Positions 12,622 through 24,037 of a DNA stretch of 64,000 nt are shown one piece after another. Origin of the DNA: Anaeramoeba ignava BMAN (lineage: Eukaryota > Protista > Anaeramoebae). A program made the translations under genes and the position numbers. The stretch is taken from assembly GCA_028826165.1 (NCBI GenBank), contig JAPDFW010000147.1:434001-498000 (forward strand), given 5' to 3'. Position 1 is the first letter of the stretch. Each line of letters begins with the position of its first letter. The notes under the pieces are model-generated. The model was not told the origin of the DNA, ran no database searches, and worked only from the letters and a program-made list of their open reading frames with translations.

Positions 12622-13662
12622 ATGATAACCGAATTACTAAAAAAAAAACACTCAGATTATATAACAAATGTAGGAGTAAGACAAAACGATTACGAATATA
12701 GAGTATCAGAACAACTACGAGTAAGTGGATTATACTGGGGAGCAACAGCATTAGTTCTTCTTGATTTAGATCCACACGATTTGCCAGTTTATTTCAACAA
12801 AGAAGCCGAATCAAAAAACTTTCCCGAAATTTCAAAAGAAAAAAACGAGGAAAACAATATAATCAACTTCATCCTCAAGTGCCAGCATGAAAACGGAGGT
12901 TTTGGAGGAAGTGTTGATCAGGATCCACATTTACTTTATACTTTATCAGCAGTTCAAGTTCTTATTCTTTTAAATGAAGAGCATCTTTTGGATGCAGAAA
13001 AAATTTCCGATTTTGTCGCTTCTTTGCAGCAAAGCGACGGATCATTTGCAGGCGATATTTGGGGGGAAATTGATACAAGATTTTCCTACTGCGCACTTTC
13101 TTGTCTTTCACTTTTGGGAAAGTTACATAAAATAAATTTGGAAAAAGCCGTTGAGTTTATTTTGAGATGCAAAAATTTCGATGAGGGTTTTGGCGCCATC
13201 CCCGACGCCGAATCACATGCCGGCCAAGTTTTTTGTTGTGTAGGAGCCTTGGCAATTGCCAACGCCTTAGACAAGATAGATTTTGATAAGTTGGGTTGGT
13301 GGCTTGCTGAGAGGCAAGTCAAAGAGAATGGAGGATTGAATGGAAGACCAGAAAAGAAAAGCGATGTCTGTTATTCATGGTGGGTCCTCTCTTCCCTCTC
13401 AATCATAGACCGTATTCACTGGATTGACAAGCACGCTTTGATCCAGTTCATCCTCAATTGCCAGGATTCTGATGATGGTGGTATTTCAGATCGTCCAGGA
13501 AATATGGTTGATGTTTTTCATACTTTTTTTGGTCTTGCTGGTCTTTCTTTGATGGGCTTTGGTCATCTTCCTAATATTGATCCTGTCTATGCTCTTCCTG
13601 TTAAAACTATTAATCGGTTGGGTTTAAAGAAATTGTTTCATTCGCCAATTCAAAAAAATTGA
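12622..13662 (+). CDS. RABGGTB: Geranylgeranyl transferase type-2 (Rab GGTase) beta subunit
   Basis: Intronless 346 aa. [59 protein letters not shown] and [21 protein letters not shown] motifs. Confidence 0.97.
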   Translation: MITELLKKKHSDYITNVGVRQNDYEYRVSEQLRVSGLYWGATALVLLDLDPHDLPVYFNKEAESKNFPEISKEKNEENNIINFILKCQHENGGFGGSVDQDPHLLYTLSAVQVLILLNEEHLLDAEKISDFVASLQQSDGSFAGDIWGEIDTRFSYCALSCLSLLGKLHKINLEKAVEFILRCKNFDEGFGAIPDAESHAGQVFCCVGALAIANALDKIDFDKLGWWLAERQVKENGGLNGRPEKKSDVCYSWWVLSSLSIIDRIHWIDKHALIQFILNCQDSDDGGISDRPGNMVDVFHTFFGLAGLSLMGFGHLPNIDPVYALPVKTINRLGLKKLFHSPIQKN

Positions 13663-13734
13663 AAACAAGAAAATTTAAATTTTAATTTTAATTTTAATCC
13701 AAATTTTTTAGTTAACAATTTAATAAATAAATAA

Positions 13735-14640
13735 TATCAATTTAATTTAATCAATTTAATCAATTTAATATTAATTTAATCTTAATTTAATCAATTTAAT
13801 CAATTTAATTAATTTAATATCAATTTAATATTAATTTAATATTAATTTAATATTAATTTAATATCAGTTTAATATCAATTTAATATCAATTTAATATCAA
13901 TTTAATATCAATTTCCTTAATATCAATTTTAATCTCAATTTTAATATTAATTTTTTCAAATCAATTTTAATCAATTTAATGTATCAATTTTAATATCAAT
14001 TTAATCAATTTAATAATTTATTAATTTAATCAATTTATATCAATCAATTTATTTTTAATCAATTTTTAATTTCAATTTAAATTTATCAATTTAATATTAA
14101 TTTAATATCAATTCAATATCAATTTATTTAACTTATTAATTTAATTAATTTAATTCAATTTTCAATTTTTTTTAATCAATTTAATCAATTTAAATTTTAA
14201 TCAATCAATTTTAATATCAATTTTAATATCAATTTTAATCAATCAAATTTTGTCAATTTAAATCAATTTTATCAAATTCAATTTTTAATATCAATTTAAT
14301 ATTAATTTTAATATTAATCAATTTAATATCAATTTTAATATCAATGTTTAATTTTAATATCAATTTAATATCAATTTAATCAATTATCAATTTATCAATT
14401 TAATATCAATTTAATCAATTCAATTTTTATCAATTTTTAATTTCAATTTTTAATAATCAATTTTAATAATATCAATTTAATTATCAATTTAATATCAATT
14501 TAATCAATCAATTTAATATCAATTTAATATCAATTTAAATCAATTTATTTAATCAATTTTAATCAATTTAATCAATTTAATATCAATTTAATATCAATTT
14601 AATATTAATTTAATATCAATTTTCAATTTAATTAATTTAA
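13735..14640. repeat. Degenerate (ATCAATTTAAT)n low-complexity intergenic repeat
   Basis: Directly visible between the convergent RABGGTB and G3BP-like 3' ends. Confidence 0.85.
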
Positions 14641-14757
14641 ATTTTAATTTTATTTTCAAATAAATTTTAAATTAATTCTTTTTTTTAATTTTAATTAATT
14701 TAAATTTTAAAAGATTTTCAAATAAATTTTAAATCTTGTTTTATTGAAATTTATTAA

Positions 14758-15661
14758 TTAATAAAATTTCCGTATTTTTAATACTCTTCCATCAAAAATA
14801 ATTTCTTTTTCCTTCAAAACTCTTTCAACAGCTTCTTTTGAATCAAACTCAACAAATCCAAAAGATTTCCCAGAACGAGATTCAGCATAAACAACATTGC
14901 CAAAATTAGTAAAAGCAATTCCCAATTGATAATCTTTAGTAGCCAAACGTAAATTACTAACATAAATTGAATTTTCGGGAATCACTTCATGATCATATTC
15001 ATCTATTGGATTATAAGAATATTTGGGTTTAAATTTGGATCTTTCTTTTTCCTTCTTTTGATCCAGTTTTTTTTGCTCTTTTTCTTTTTTTTCTAATAAT
15101 TTTTGAGATTCCAAAATAATTTCTTCAAATGTTTTTGAGTTTTGTTTTGATTTTAATTTTTCGATATTTCTTTTCAAATTTGATTCTGAAATTGTTCCAA
15201 AATTTTTCAGTTTTTTAATAATATCATTTTGAATAAAATATCCATCTTGAGTTTCAAGTGGACAAAGAATAAAAGTTCTTGTAAATTTATGTTTCAATTT
15301 TTTTAAGTCTTCTGCTATTCCACAAATAAAAATAAGTATTTTATTTTCATCAATTAAATAAGAAATTGCATCATAAATGTTTGTTTTTTTCGAAATTGAA
15401 TTTTCTATAAATTTTTGAATATTTTCCTTTTTAAATTTAAAATGAAAAAATTTAATTTTATTTTATAATTTTTATAATTTTTATAATTAATTTTTTATTC
15501 ACTTTTCCTTCATAAATTGTGTAATTTTCTGATTCAATTCCAAATGATAAAGTCGAATTTTCTTGATAAAATTTAATTAATTGTGAAGTTTCAACTTCTA
15601 AAACATGAAAAAATACTTTTAAAAAATTATTTGAAATTTCTTCAATATTTAAATTTGACAT
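14758..15661 (-). CDS. NTF2 + RRM protein (G3BP/Rasputin/Bre5-like)
   Basis: Exons 15661-15503 and 15426-14758. NTF2 features (FFHVL..LIKFYQENSTL, KFTRTFILCP..DGYFIQNDI) and an RRM with RNP2 IYVSNL and RNP1 KSFGFVEF. Confidence 0.88.
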
Positions 15662-15971
15662 TAAAAAAATAAAAAATAAAAAATGAAAAATGAAAAAATG
15701 AAAAAATGAAAAAATTAAAAATGAAAAAATTAAAAAAATTAAAAATAAAAAATGGAAAAATTTTAATTTGGATTTTGATCTGATTGTTTTTCTCGATCAA
15801 AAAAACATTTATTAAAAGATTATTAAAAGATTAATTTTTTGAAAATTAAAATGAAAAAATGAAAAAATGAGAAAAAGGAAAAAAGGAAAATGAGTTAAAA
15901 AAAAATGAAAAAGAATTTGTTTTCTTTTGAATCTTATTAATCTTAATCTTAATCTTAATTGAAATTTAAAT

Positions 15972-18900
15972 TTAAATCTCTTCAATTTTTTTCTTTTTTT
16001 CAAACCAACTATTTTGTTTTTTTTTATAAAGAATTAAAATTGAATTAAATTAAATTAAAATTAAATAATTGAATTAAAATTGAAAAATTTGAATTAAATT
16101 TGAATTAAATTGAAATTAAATTAAATTTGAATTAAATTTGAATTTGAAATTGAATTTGAATTAAATTTGAATTAAAATTGAAATTAAATTTGAATTGAAT
16201 TAAATTTGAATTAAATTTGAAATTAAAATTGAAATTAAATTTGAAATTAAATTTGAATTAGAATTAAAATTGAAATCAAATTAATTAATTAAATTTGAAA
16301 TTAAATTGAAATTAAATAATTGAATTAAAATTGAAATAAAATTGAAATTAAATTAAATTTGAAATTAAATTTGAATTAAATAATTGAAATCAAATTAATT
16401 AAATGAATTTACCCCATGATAATTTTTTCAAAGTTATAAAAAGGAGCTTCAACCAAGAAATAAACGATAGCAGCAAAAACATAAGCAAGAACAATGTTAG
16501 CAAAAGATTCATAAAGAATAGGAATAGGACTATAATTCAAAAGAGATCTTGCAGAAAAATTAACGACAATTATAATAATAGGATGAACCAAAAAGGCATT
16601 AAAAGTAAGTTTAGCAAAAATAACCCAAATTTTCAAACTAAGTAAAGATTTGAACATCAAACCAACATTTGGATAAACCAACAAAATAAATAAAACACCA
16701 GCAAGAGAACCGCTCCAAATAAACCGAGATAAAACAACATAAGCAACATTTGAAGAAGTTCCCCATTTGCTTCCTTCTTCTTTGTAGTTGTTATAAGGAA
16801 CAAAAAGAACAATTGCCATTAAAATTAAAAATATTATAAAAACGCTCCAAATCAATATTTTTTTGGCAATTTGTTGGAAATTCACTTTTTTAGAATCAAT
16901 AACTTTTCTTTGATCGTAATCTAAATTGGTAAAATAGTCATAAAAATATGCTAATAAAAGTCCAAAAAGAAAGGGTATAATTCTTGTGTATGGTTTTTCA
17001 TAAATGTAATTGTAATAATCGTCATAACTAGGATCTAAAATGAAGGTATTCACATTGTATTTGTTTGCTAACCATCCATTTAATGCTAATGAAATAATCC
17101 CAAATACACTTATTCCTATAAAAAATAACCATGATTTGATTCGATAAAGTATAAAGAAAATTGGTGCAATGATGAAAAATTGGAAATCATTTGAAAGATA
17201 CCAAGTCCATTCTAATTATAATTTTAATTTAAATTTTAATTTTAATTTTAATTTTAATTTTGATTTTAATTTTAATTTTAATTTTATTTTTAATTTTAAT
17301 TTTAATTATAATTTTATTTTTAAATTTAATTTTATAAATGAATTTTAATTTTAGTAAATGAATTTTAATTATAATTTTATTTTTAATTTTAATTTTAATT
17401 ATAATTTTAATTTTAATTTAATTTTAATTTTAATTTTAATTTTAATTTTAATTTTATTTTTAATTATAATTTTAATTTTATAAATGAATTTTAATTTTAA
17501 TTTTAATTTTATAAATGAATTTTAATTATAATTTTATTTTTAATTTTAATTTTATAATTTTAATTTTAATTATAATTTTATTTTATAAATGAATTTTAAT
17601 TTTGATTTTAATTTTATAAATGAATTTTAATTTTAATTTTAATTTTATTTTATAAATGAATTTTAATTTTAATTTTAATTATAATTTTATTTTATAAATG
17701 AATTTTAATTTTGATTTGAATTAATAATCAAAAATAAATACCCATGCAAATATTTGTAAGTTTTGTAGGATAAAAATTATTAAAGAAAAAAATTGTTGAA
17801 AACCAATGTTTATGACAAGTATCATCAATTCTTTTTTGGTAGTCAAAAAACAAAGGACCATCACCAAAAAATCTTCCCACATTAACATAAACAAGAAGAA
17901 CAAATATAAGGGAAGGGAGTAATCTTACCAATCTAAATAATTTAAAAATTAAATTTAAAAATTAAATTTAAAAAATTAAATTGAAAAATTAAATTAAAAA
18001 ATTAAATTGAAAATTTAAATTGAAAAATTAAATTGAAAATTTAAATTGAAAAATTAAATTGAAAATTTAAATTGAAAATTTAAATTAAAAAATTAAATTA
18101 AAATTACCGATGAGTATAATAATATATATATCTGTTTTCTCCATCATCTCTCATCTGAAATGCTTTAAGCATTGCAAAAAATCCTGTTAATAAGAAAAAT
18201 GTATCAGCTGCAAATTGAGCACCAACTACAATTTGGAATGTCCATTGATAAAGTCTTCCTGATTTCATAACAACAGCTGTATAATTGTTATAACCCGAAT
18301 AAGTTCCAAGCGAGATTGATTGAGCTAAATATTTTAATATATAATGTTTAATTTAATATTTATTTTAATATTTAATATTTAATATTTATTTTAATATTTA
18401 ATTTAATATTTATTTTAATATTTAATTGAGTATTTATTTTAATATTTGTTTTGATATTTAATATTTTAATATTTAATTTTTAATTTAATATTTAATATTT
18501 AATATTTTAATTTATTATTTTAATATTTATTTTAATATTTATTTTAATATTTAATATTTTAATATTTATTTTGATATTTTAATATTTATTTAAATATTTT
18601 AATATTTAATTTAATATTTAATTTAATATTTATTTTAATATTTAATATTTAATTTAATATTTATTTTAATATTTATTTTAATATTTATTTTAATATTTAT
18701 TTTAATATTTAATATTTAATATTTACCAAAAATCACCCAAAACATTGAAAAAACTCTAACACCATTCAAAACATCAAAACTTGGTACTTTATCATCGACC
18801 AATTTACGCCAATTTTCCTTCAAAGAATAACAATTAACAAATTTCATAACAGGATTACGAACTACAGAATTAGCTTGAACATCATTTTCATCCAAAGCGA

Positions 18901-19420
18901 CTTGATCATATTTATTATTCTTTGAAAAAAGTTGTTTAAATACATCAATAAAAATAGTAGCAATCATAAGAGCAGCAAATAAAGCGAAGAGAATAAAAGT
19001 GATCACAGAACCAGGAGAATAAGATTTATCAATATCATCAGCAAAATAAACGGTAGAAGATTCAGGAATAAGAGTTGCTTTAAAAAAAAACGAGAGATAA
19101 AGACCAATTGCTTCAAATACGGTTTCTGAAGTGCATGATTTAGGGACACAATAACCCGTTTGGATTCGCGTTGTTTCTCCAAGGAAAACTATTGCTGTGT
19201 CTGCATAGCAAAACCTTGTTTCTGATATTGTTTGGCAAAGATCATAATCCCCTAAATCTTGTGGTATGTTTTTTCCTGTCGCTATGTATATCATGTTAAA
19301 TCCATCAGGATTGATTAGGAATAATGCATTCGTATAATCTATTGCGCATGCACTTTGTCCGTTTGTTAATTCAATTATTAATAGAATTGTTAGAATACTG
19401 AAGATTTTTTGAAGTTGCAT
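15972..19420 (-). CDS. NRF-6-like (nose resistant to fluoxetine) membrane O-acyltransferase, Acyl_transf_3 family
   Basis: Signal peptide, NRF domain (DLGDYDLC..C..GYCVPKSC), LNGVRVFSMFWVI, FAADTFF, HRLVRLLP, WTWYLSNDFQF and YEKPYTRIIPF motifs across several exons. A probable terminal exon at 16008-15972 (WFEKKKKIEEI*) follows an intron starting at about 16411. If that intron is not spliced, the stop is at 16409. Confidence 0.9.
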
Positions 19421-19539
19421 TTTTGTTTTTTTTTTTTTTGCTTTTTTTTTTTATTTTAAAAAACAAAAAAATGGAAAAAAATGAAAAACTTTTTTTTTGT
19501 TTTTTTTTTTTTCAATTCAATTTTTTTTGAAAATTTATT

Positions 19540-20385
19540 CAACTTATTCCAATTTATTTAATTCAATTCAATTTAATTCAATTCAATTTAATTCAATTTA
19601 TTTAATTCAATTCAATTTAATTTATTTAATTCAATTAATTCAATTTATTCAATTCATTTTAATTTATTTAATTCAATTCAATTCAATTCAATTCAATTCA
19701 ATTCAATTCAATTCAATTCAATTTAATTCAATTAATTTGATTTAATATTTAATTAAATATTCAATTTAATTTAATTCAATTTATTCAATTAATTCAATTC
19801 AATTCAATCCAATTCATTTAATTCAATTCAATTTAATTCAATTCATTTAATTCAATCAATTTTATTCAATTTAATATTTAATTAAATATTCAATTTAATT
19901 TATTCCAATTCATTTAATTCAATTCAATTTATTTAATTTATTCAATTCAATTTAATTCAATTCAATCCAATTTATTTAATTTAATTTAATTCAATTAATT
20001 TAATTCAATTTATTTAATTAATTCATTTATTTAATTCAATTTAATTTAATTTAATTCAATTTAATTTAATTTAATTCAATTCAATTTATTCAATTCAATT
20101 TATTTAATTCAATTCAATCCAATTTATTCAATTCAATTTATTTAATTCAATTTATTTAATTCAATTTATTTAATTCAATTCAATTCAATTCATTCAATTT
20201 AATTCAATTTAATTTAATTCAATTTAATTTAATTCATTTCAATTCAATTTATTTAATTCAATTTAATCCAATTTATTTTATTCAATTCATTTTAATTTAT
20301 TCAATTCAATTTAATTCAATTTATTTAATTTAATTCAATCAATTTATTCCAATTCATTTAATTCAATTCAATTTAATTTAATTCG
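19540..20385. repeat. (AATTC/AATTT)n pentamer microsatellite, intergenic
   Basis: Directly visible. Confidence 0.9.
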
Positions 20386-20534
20386 AAAAATTATTTCAAT
20401 TTTGAAAATTTATTTCTTTGGAAAAGAAAAAAGAAAAAAGAAAAAAGAAAATATTTCTTTGACTTGATTTAAAACTTTTGGAAAAATTGAATCAATTATT
20501 TATCCTTGTAAATTGTTTTTTAAATGGAAATAGT

Positions 20535-23500
20535 TTAAACGAAATCATTGCTATTATTATTATGATGTGTATTATTATTATTATAAAAAATATTGTTTCG
20601 ATCATTTGTTGGATTATTTATCAGTTTTGAGTTTTCAGAAGTTTGAAGAAATTGATTGAATTGATTTGGATCAGAATGAGTTTTTGCATAAAAATGTTCT
20701 TGATTTTCATTGAGAAATTCACCATTATCAGGATGTATTTGAGTTTTTCTGAAACTTTGTTGATTAGCTTTTTTAAGAAAAATAAAATATTAAATTATTA
20801 AATTATTAAATTATTAAATTATTAAATTATTAAATTATTAAATTATTAAATTATTAAATTATTAAATTATTAAATTTACGATGATAATTGGAATTTTGTG
20901 AATGAGTAAAATTTTCTGAAGGATGATTCATGAAATTTGGTTGTGATTGATCTGATAAAGATGATTGATGAAAAAAAAGGAAGCTATTTGGAGGTTGTAT
21001 TGTTTCTGTTGTTTGATTAATATACATATTTTCTTCATAAATAAAATGTGTTGGAGAATTAGGATAAAATTGAGGATAATATTGATTTGGGTATTGTTGA
21101 TAATTTGGATGATAATTTGGATGATAATTCTGATTATAATTTGGTTGATAATTTGGCTGATAATTTGGTTGATAATTTGGTTGATAATTTTGATTATAAT
21201 TTTGATGATAATTTTGATGATAATTTGGTTGATAATTACGGAGTTGATTTTGGTGATAATTGTGAACTTGATTTTGGTTTTGATTTTGATTTTGATTTTG
21301 ATTTTGATTTTGATTTAAATTTTGATTTTGATTTTGATTTAAATTTTGTTGATTTTGATTTTGATTTTGATTTAATTTTGATTTTGATTTTGATTTTGAT
21401 TTTGATTTTGATTTAAATTTTGATTTTGATTTTGATTTTGATTTTGATTTTGATTTTGATTTTGATTTAGATTTTGATTTTGTTGATTTTGATTTTGGTT
21501 TTGATTTTGATTTAGATTTTGATTTAGATTTTGATTTTGTTGATTTTGTTGATTTAGATTTTGATTTTGTTGATTTTGTTGATTTTGTTGGTTTTGTTGA
21601 TTTTGTTGCGAATATTTTGGTTGTAGTTGTTCTGAATTTAATTTCTTATCCTCTTCTTTATTTATATCTTGTTTTACATTTTCTTCTTTCTGTATTTCTA
21701 TTTGAGATTTTTGATCTTCCTTTGTTTTTAATTGATAATTTAATTTTTCTTGTTGGATGGATTTTCGTTCTTCTTCTTTTGGGTTTCCTTTTTCAAAAGA
21801 AATTACTGCTCTATCTAAGATATTTTTCTTTTTTAATGTAGTATGCTTCTGTTGAGAAAAAATTCTGCTTTGTTGGAATTGATTTTCTGTTTTGTTTTTT
21901 TCTTGATGCTTCCCAAATTTTAAACCAATGTTCGTTTTTATTTTTAAATGTGGAGAAAATGTTACACCAGCTGCTTTTGTTTTTTCTTCTTCTTTTTGCT
22001 GTAATTGGAGTTGTTGTTGTTGTTGTTTCTGAATCTCCAAATCAATGTGATTCTCTAAATCTTCATGTCTAATTGAATCATTTGAACCCAATTTCAATTT
22101 TCCAAATTCCAAATTTGATTGATTTGATTTTTCAATTGAATTTTCAATTAGGTTTTTTTGAGAATTTAAATTTCGTGTTATGTTTTCAGTTGCTAAATTT
22201 TGTTTTTGTTCATTTTTGTTTTCTTCTGTTTTTTCATTTTGATTTTGAGTTTGGTTTTCATTCTCATTTTTTATTTCGTTTTTCTTACTTCTTAGTCTTT
22301 TGTGTTTATCGCTACTTTTCTTTGTTTTTTTAGATGAATGAACTTTTTTAGATGAATGAATTTTTTTAGATGAATGAACTTTTTTGTTTTCTTGTTTTAG
22401 ATGAATGAACTTTTTTGTTTTCTTCTTGATTTTGATTTTGAATTTGATTTTGATTTTGAATTTGATTTTTATCTTGATCTTGAATTTGAATTTGAATTTG
22501 ATTTTGATTTTGATTTTGATTTTGATTTTGAATTTGATTTTGATTTTGAATTTGATCTTGATCTTGATTTTGAATTTGATTTTGATTTTGATTTTGATTT
22601 TGATTTTGATTTTGATTTTGATTTTTATTTTGATTTTTATTTTGATTTTGATTTTGATTTTGATTTTGATTTTGATTTTGATTTTGATTTTGATTTTGAT
22701 TTTGATTTTTATCTTGATTTTTATCTTGATTTTGATTTTGATTTTGATTTTGATTTTGATTTTGATTTTGATTTTTATCTTGATTTTTATCTTGATTTTT
22801 ATCTTGATTTTGATTTTGATTTTGACTTGTATTCCAAACCTTTTTTTTGGTAAATCTGGAAACTTTAAAATTTTGATTCTTATTTTTGGTGTCTTTCTTT
22901 AATTTCCAAATATGTTTTTTTGGTTTATTTGTTTTTGAGTCTTGTACTTTATCCTTTATTAAAAAATCTTGCTTTTCATTTTGAATCTCATTTTTATTTT
23001 GGATTTTGTCTTGATTTTGTTCATATAAATTGTTTGACTGCTGTTTATTTTCTTTTAAATTATTTTTATCAGTCAAAGGTGGAAATTTTTGTAATTTTTG
23101 TTCTATTTTAGTGATTTCATATTCTGTTTCATTTTCAAGATCTGGTTTTGATTTTATTTTTTTAAACCGACTTTTTGTTTGAGTTTGATTGTGTTCTATT
23201 TTTTCTTGTTGTTTGTCATTGTTTTCTGAGGTTTTGGTAAATTCACTTGTTTTTGTTTTGTTTGTTTTTTTCCATCTCAAGCTTTCTGGTTTTGCTGTTT
23301 TGAAAATTTAAGAGTATTGATATATTAATATTAAATATTTAAATAAATAAATCAATAAATAAATCAATCAATAAATCAATCAATCAATCTTAAATGTTTA
23401 AATAAATGTTTAAATAAATGTTTAAATAAATGTTTGAATAAATGTTTAAATAAATGTTTAAATAAATGTTTAAATAAATGTTTAAATAAATGTTTAAATA

Positions 23501-23820
23501 AAATATTGAATAAAATATTGAATAAAATATTGAATAAAATATTGAATAAATGTTTAAATAAATGTTTGAATAAATGTTTAAACAAATGTTTGTTAAATTT
23601 ATCTTTTTTTTTTATTGAAAAAAATTGGGAAAAAAGTGTATTGATTTATTTATTAAAAAAATAAATAAAAATTACAAGTTTGTTCGTTTTGCTGATTTGA
23701 ATTCGTTTTTAAAGGATGTTTCCATTGTCTTTGTTGATATTTAGGTGCTTGTTTGTTTGATCTAAATTTAGAATAATTTTTATCTAAATTAAAATTTGAA
23801 TAAAAAAAAGAATTTGACAT
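20535..23820 (-). CDS. Hypothetical Q/N/K-rich low-complexity protein (apparent frameshifts in repeat tracts)
   Basis: ATG at 23820 (MSNSFFYSNF). A 12-mer-repeat intron is followed by ORFs 23280-22366 and 22112-21372, a further intron at about 20878-20768 and a stop at about 20535. Frame breaks fall in KKVHSS and NQ repeats. No recognisable domain. Confidence 0.55.
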
Positions 23821-24037
23821 TTTTAAAAAAAGGAAAAATAATAATAAAAAGGAAAAAAAGGAAAAAATGAAAAAATGAAAAAATTAAAATAAAAATAAAA
23901 ATAAAAAGATAATGATTAGTCATAATTAAAAATATTTTTTTTTTATTTTTTTCCGTTTTTTTTTTTTCATTTTTTTTTTCCTTTTTTTTTGTTATTGTTT
24001 GTTTTTTTCATTTCTTCTTTTTTCTTTTACATTTAAA

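Noticed and set aside
10041-13662. Adjacent DHHC palmitoyltransferase and Rab GGTase beta as a lipidation cluster
   Set aside because: They act in different pathways and DHHC genes are usually numerous, so adjacency is plausibly chance.
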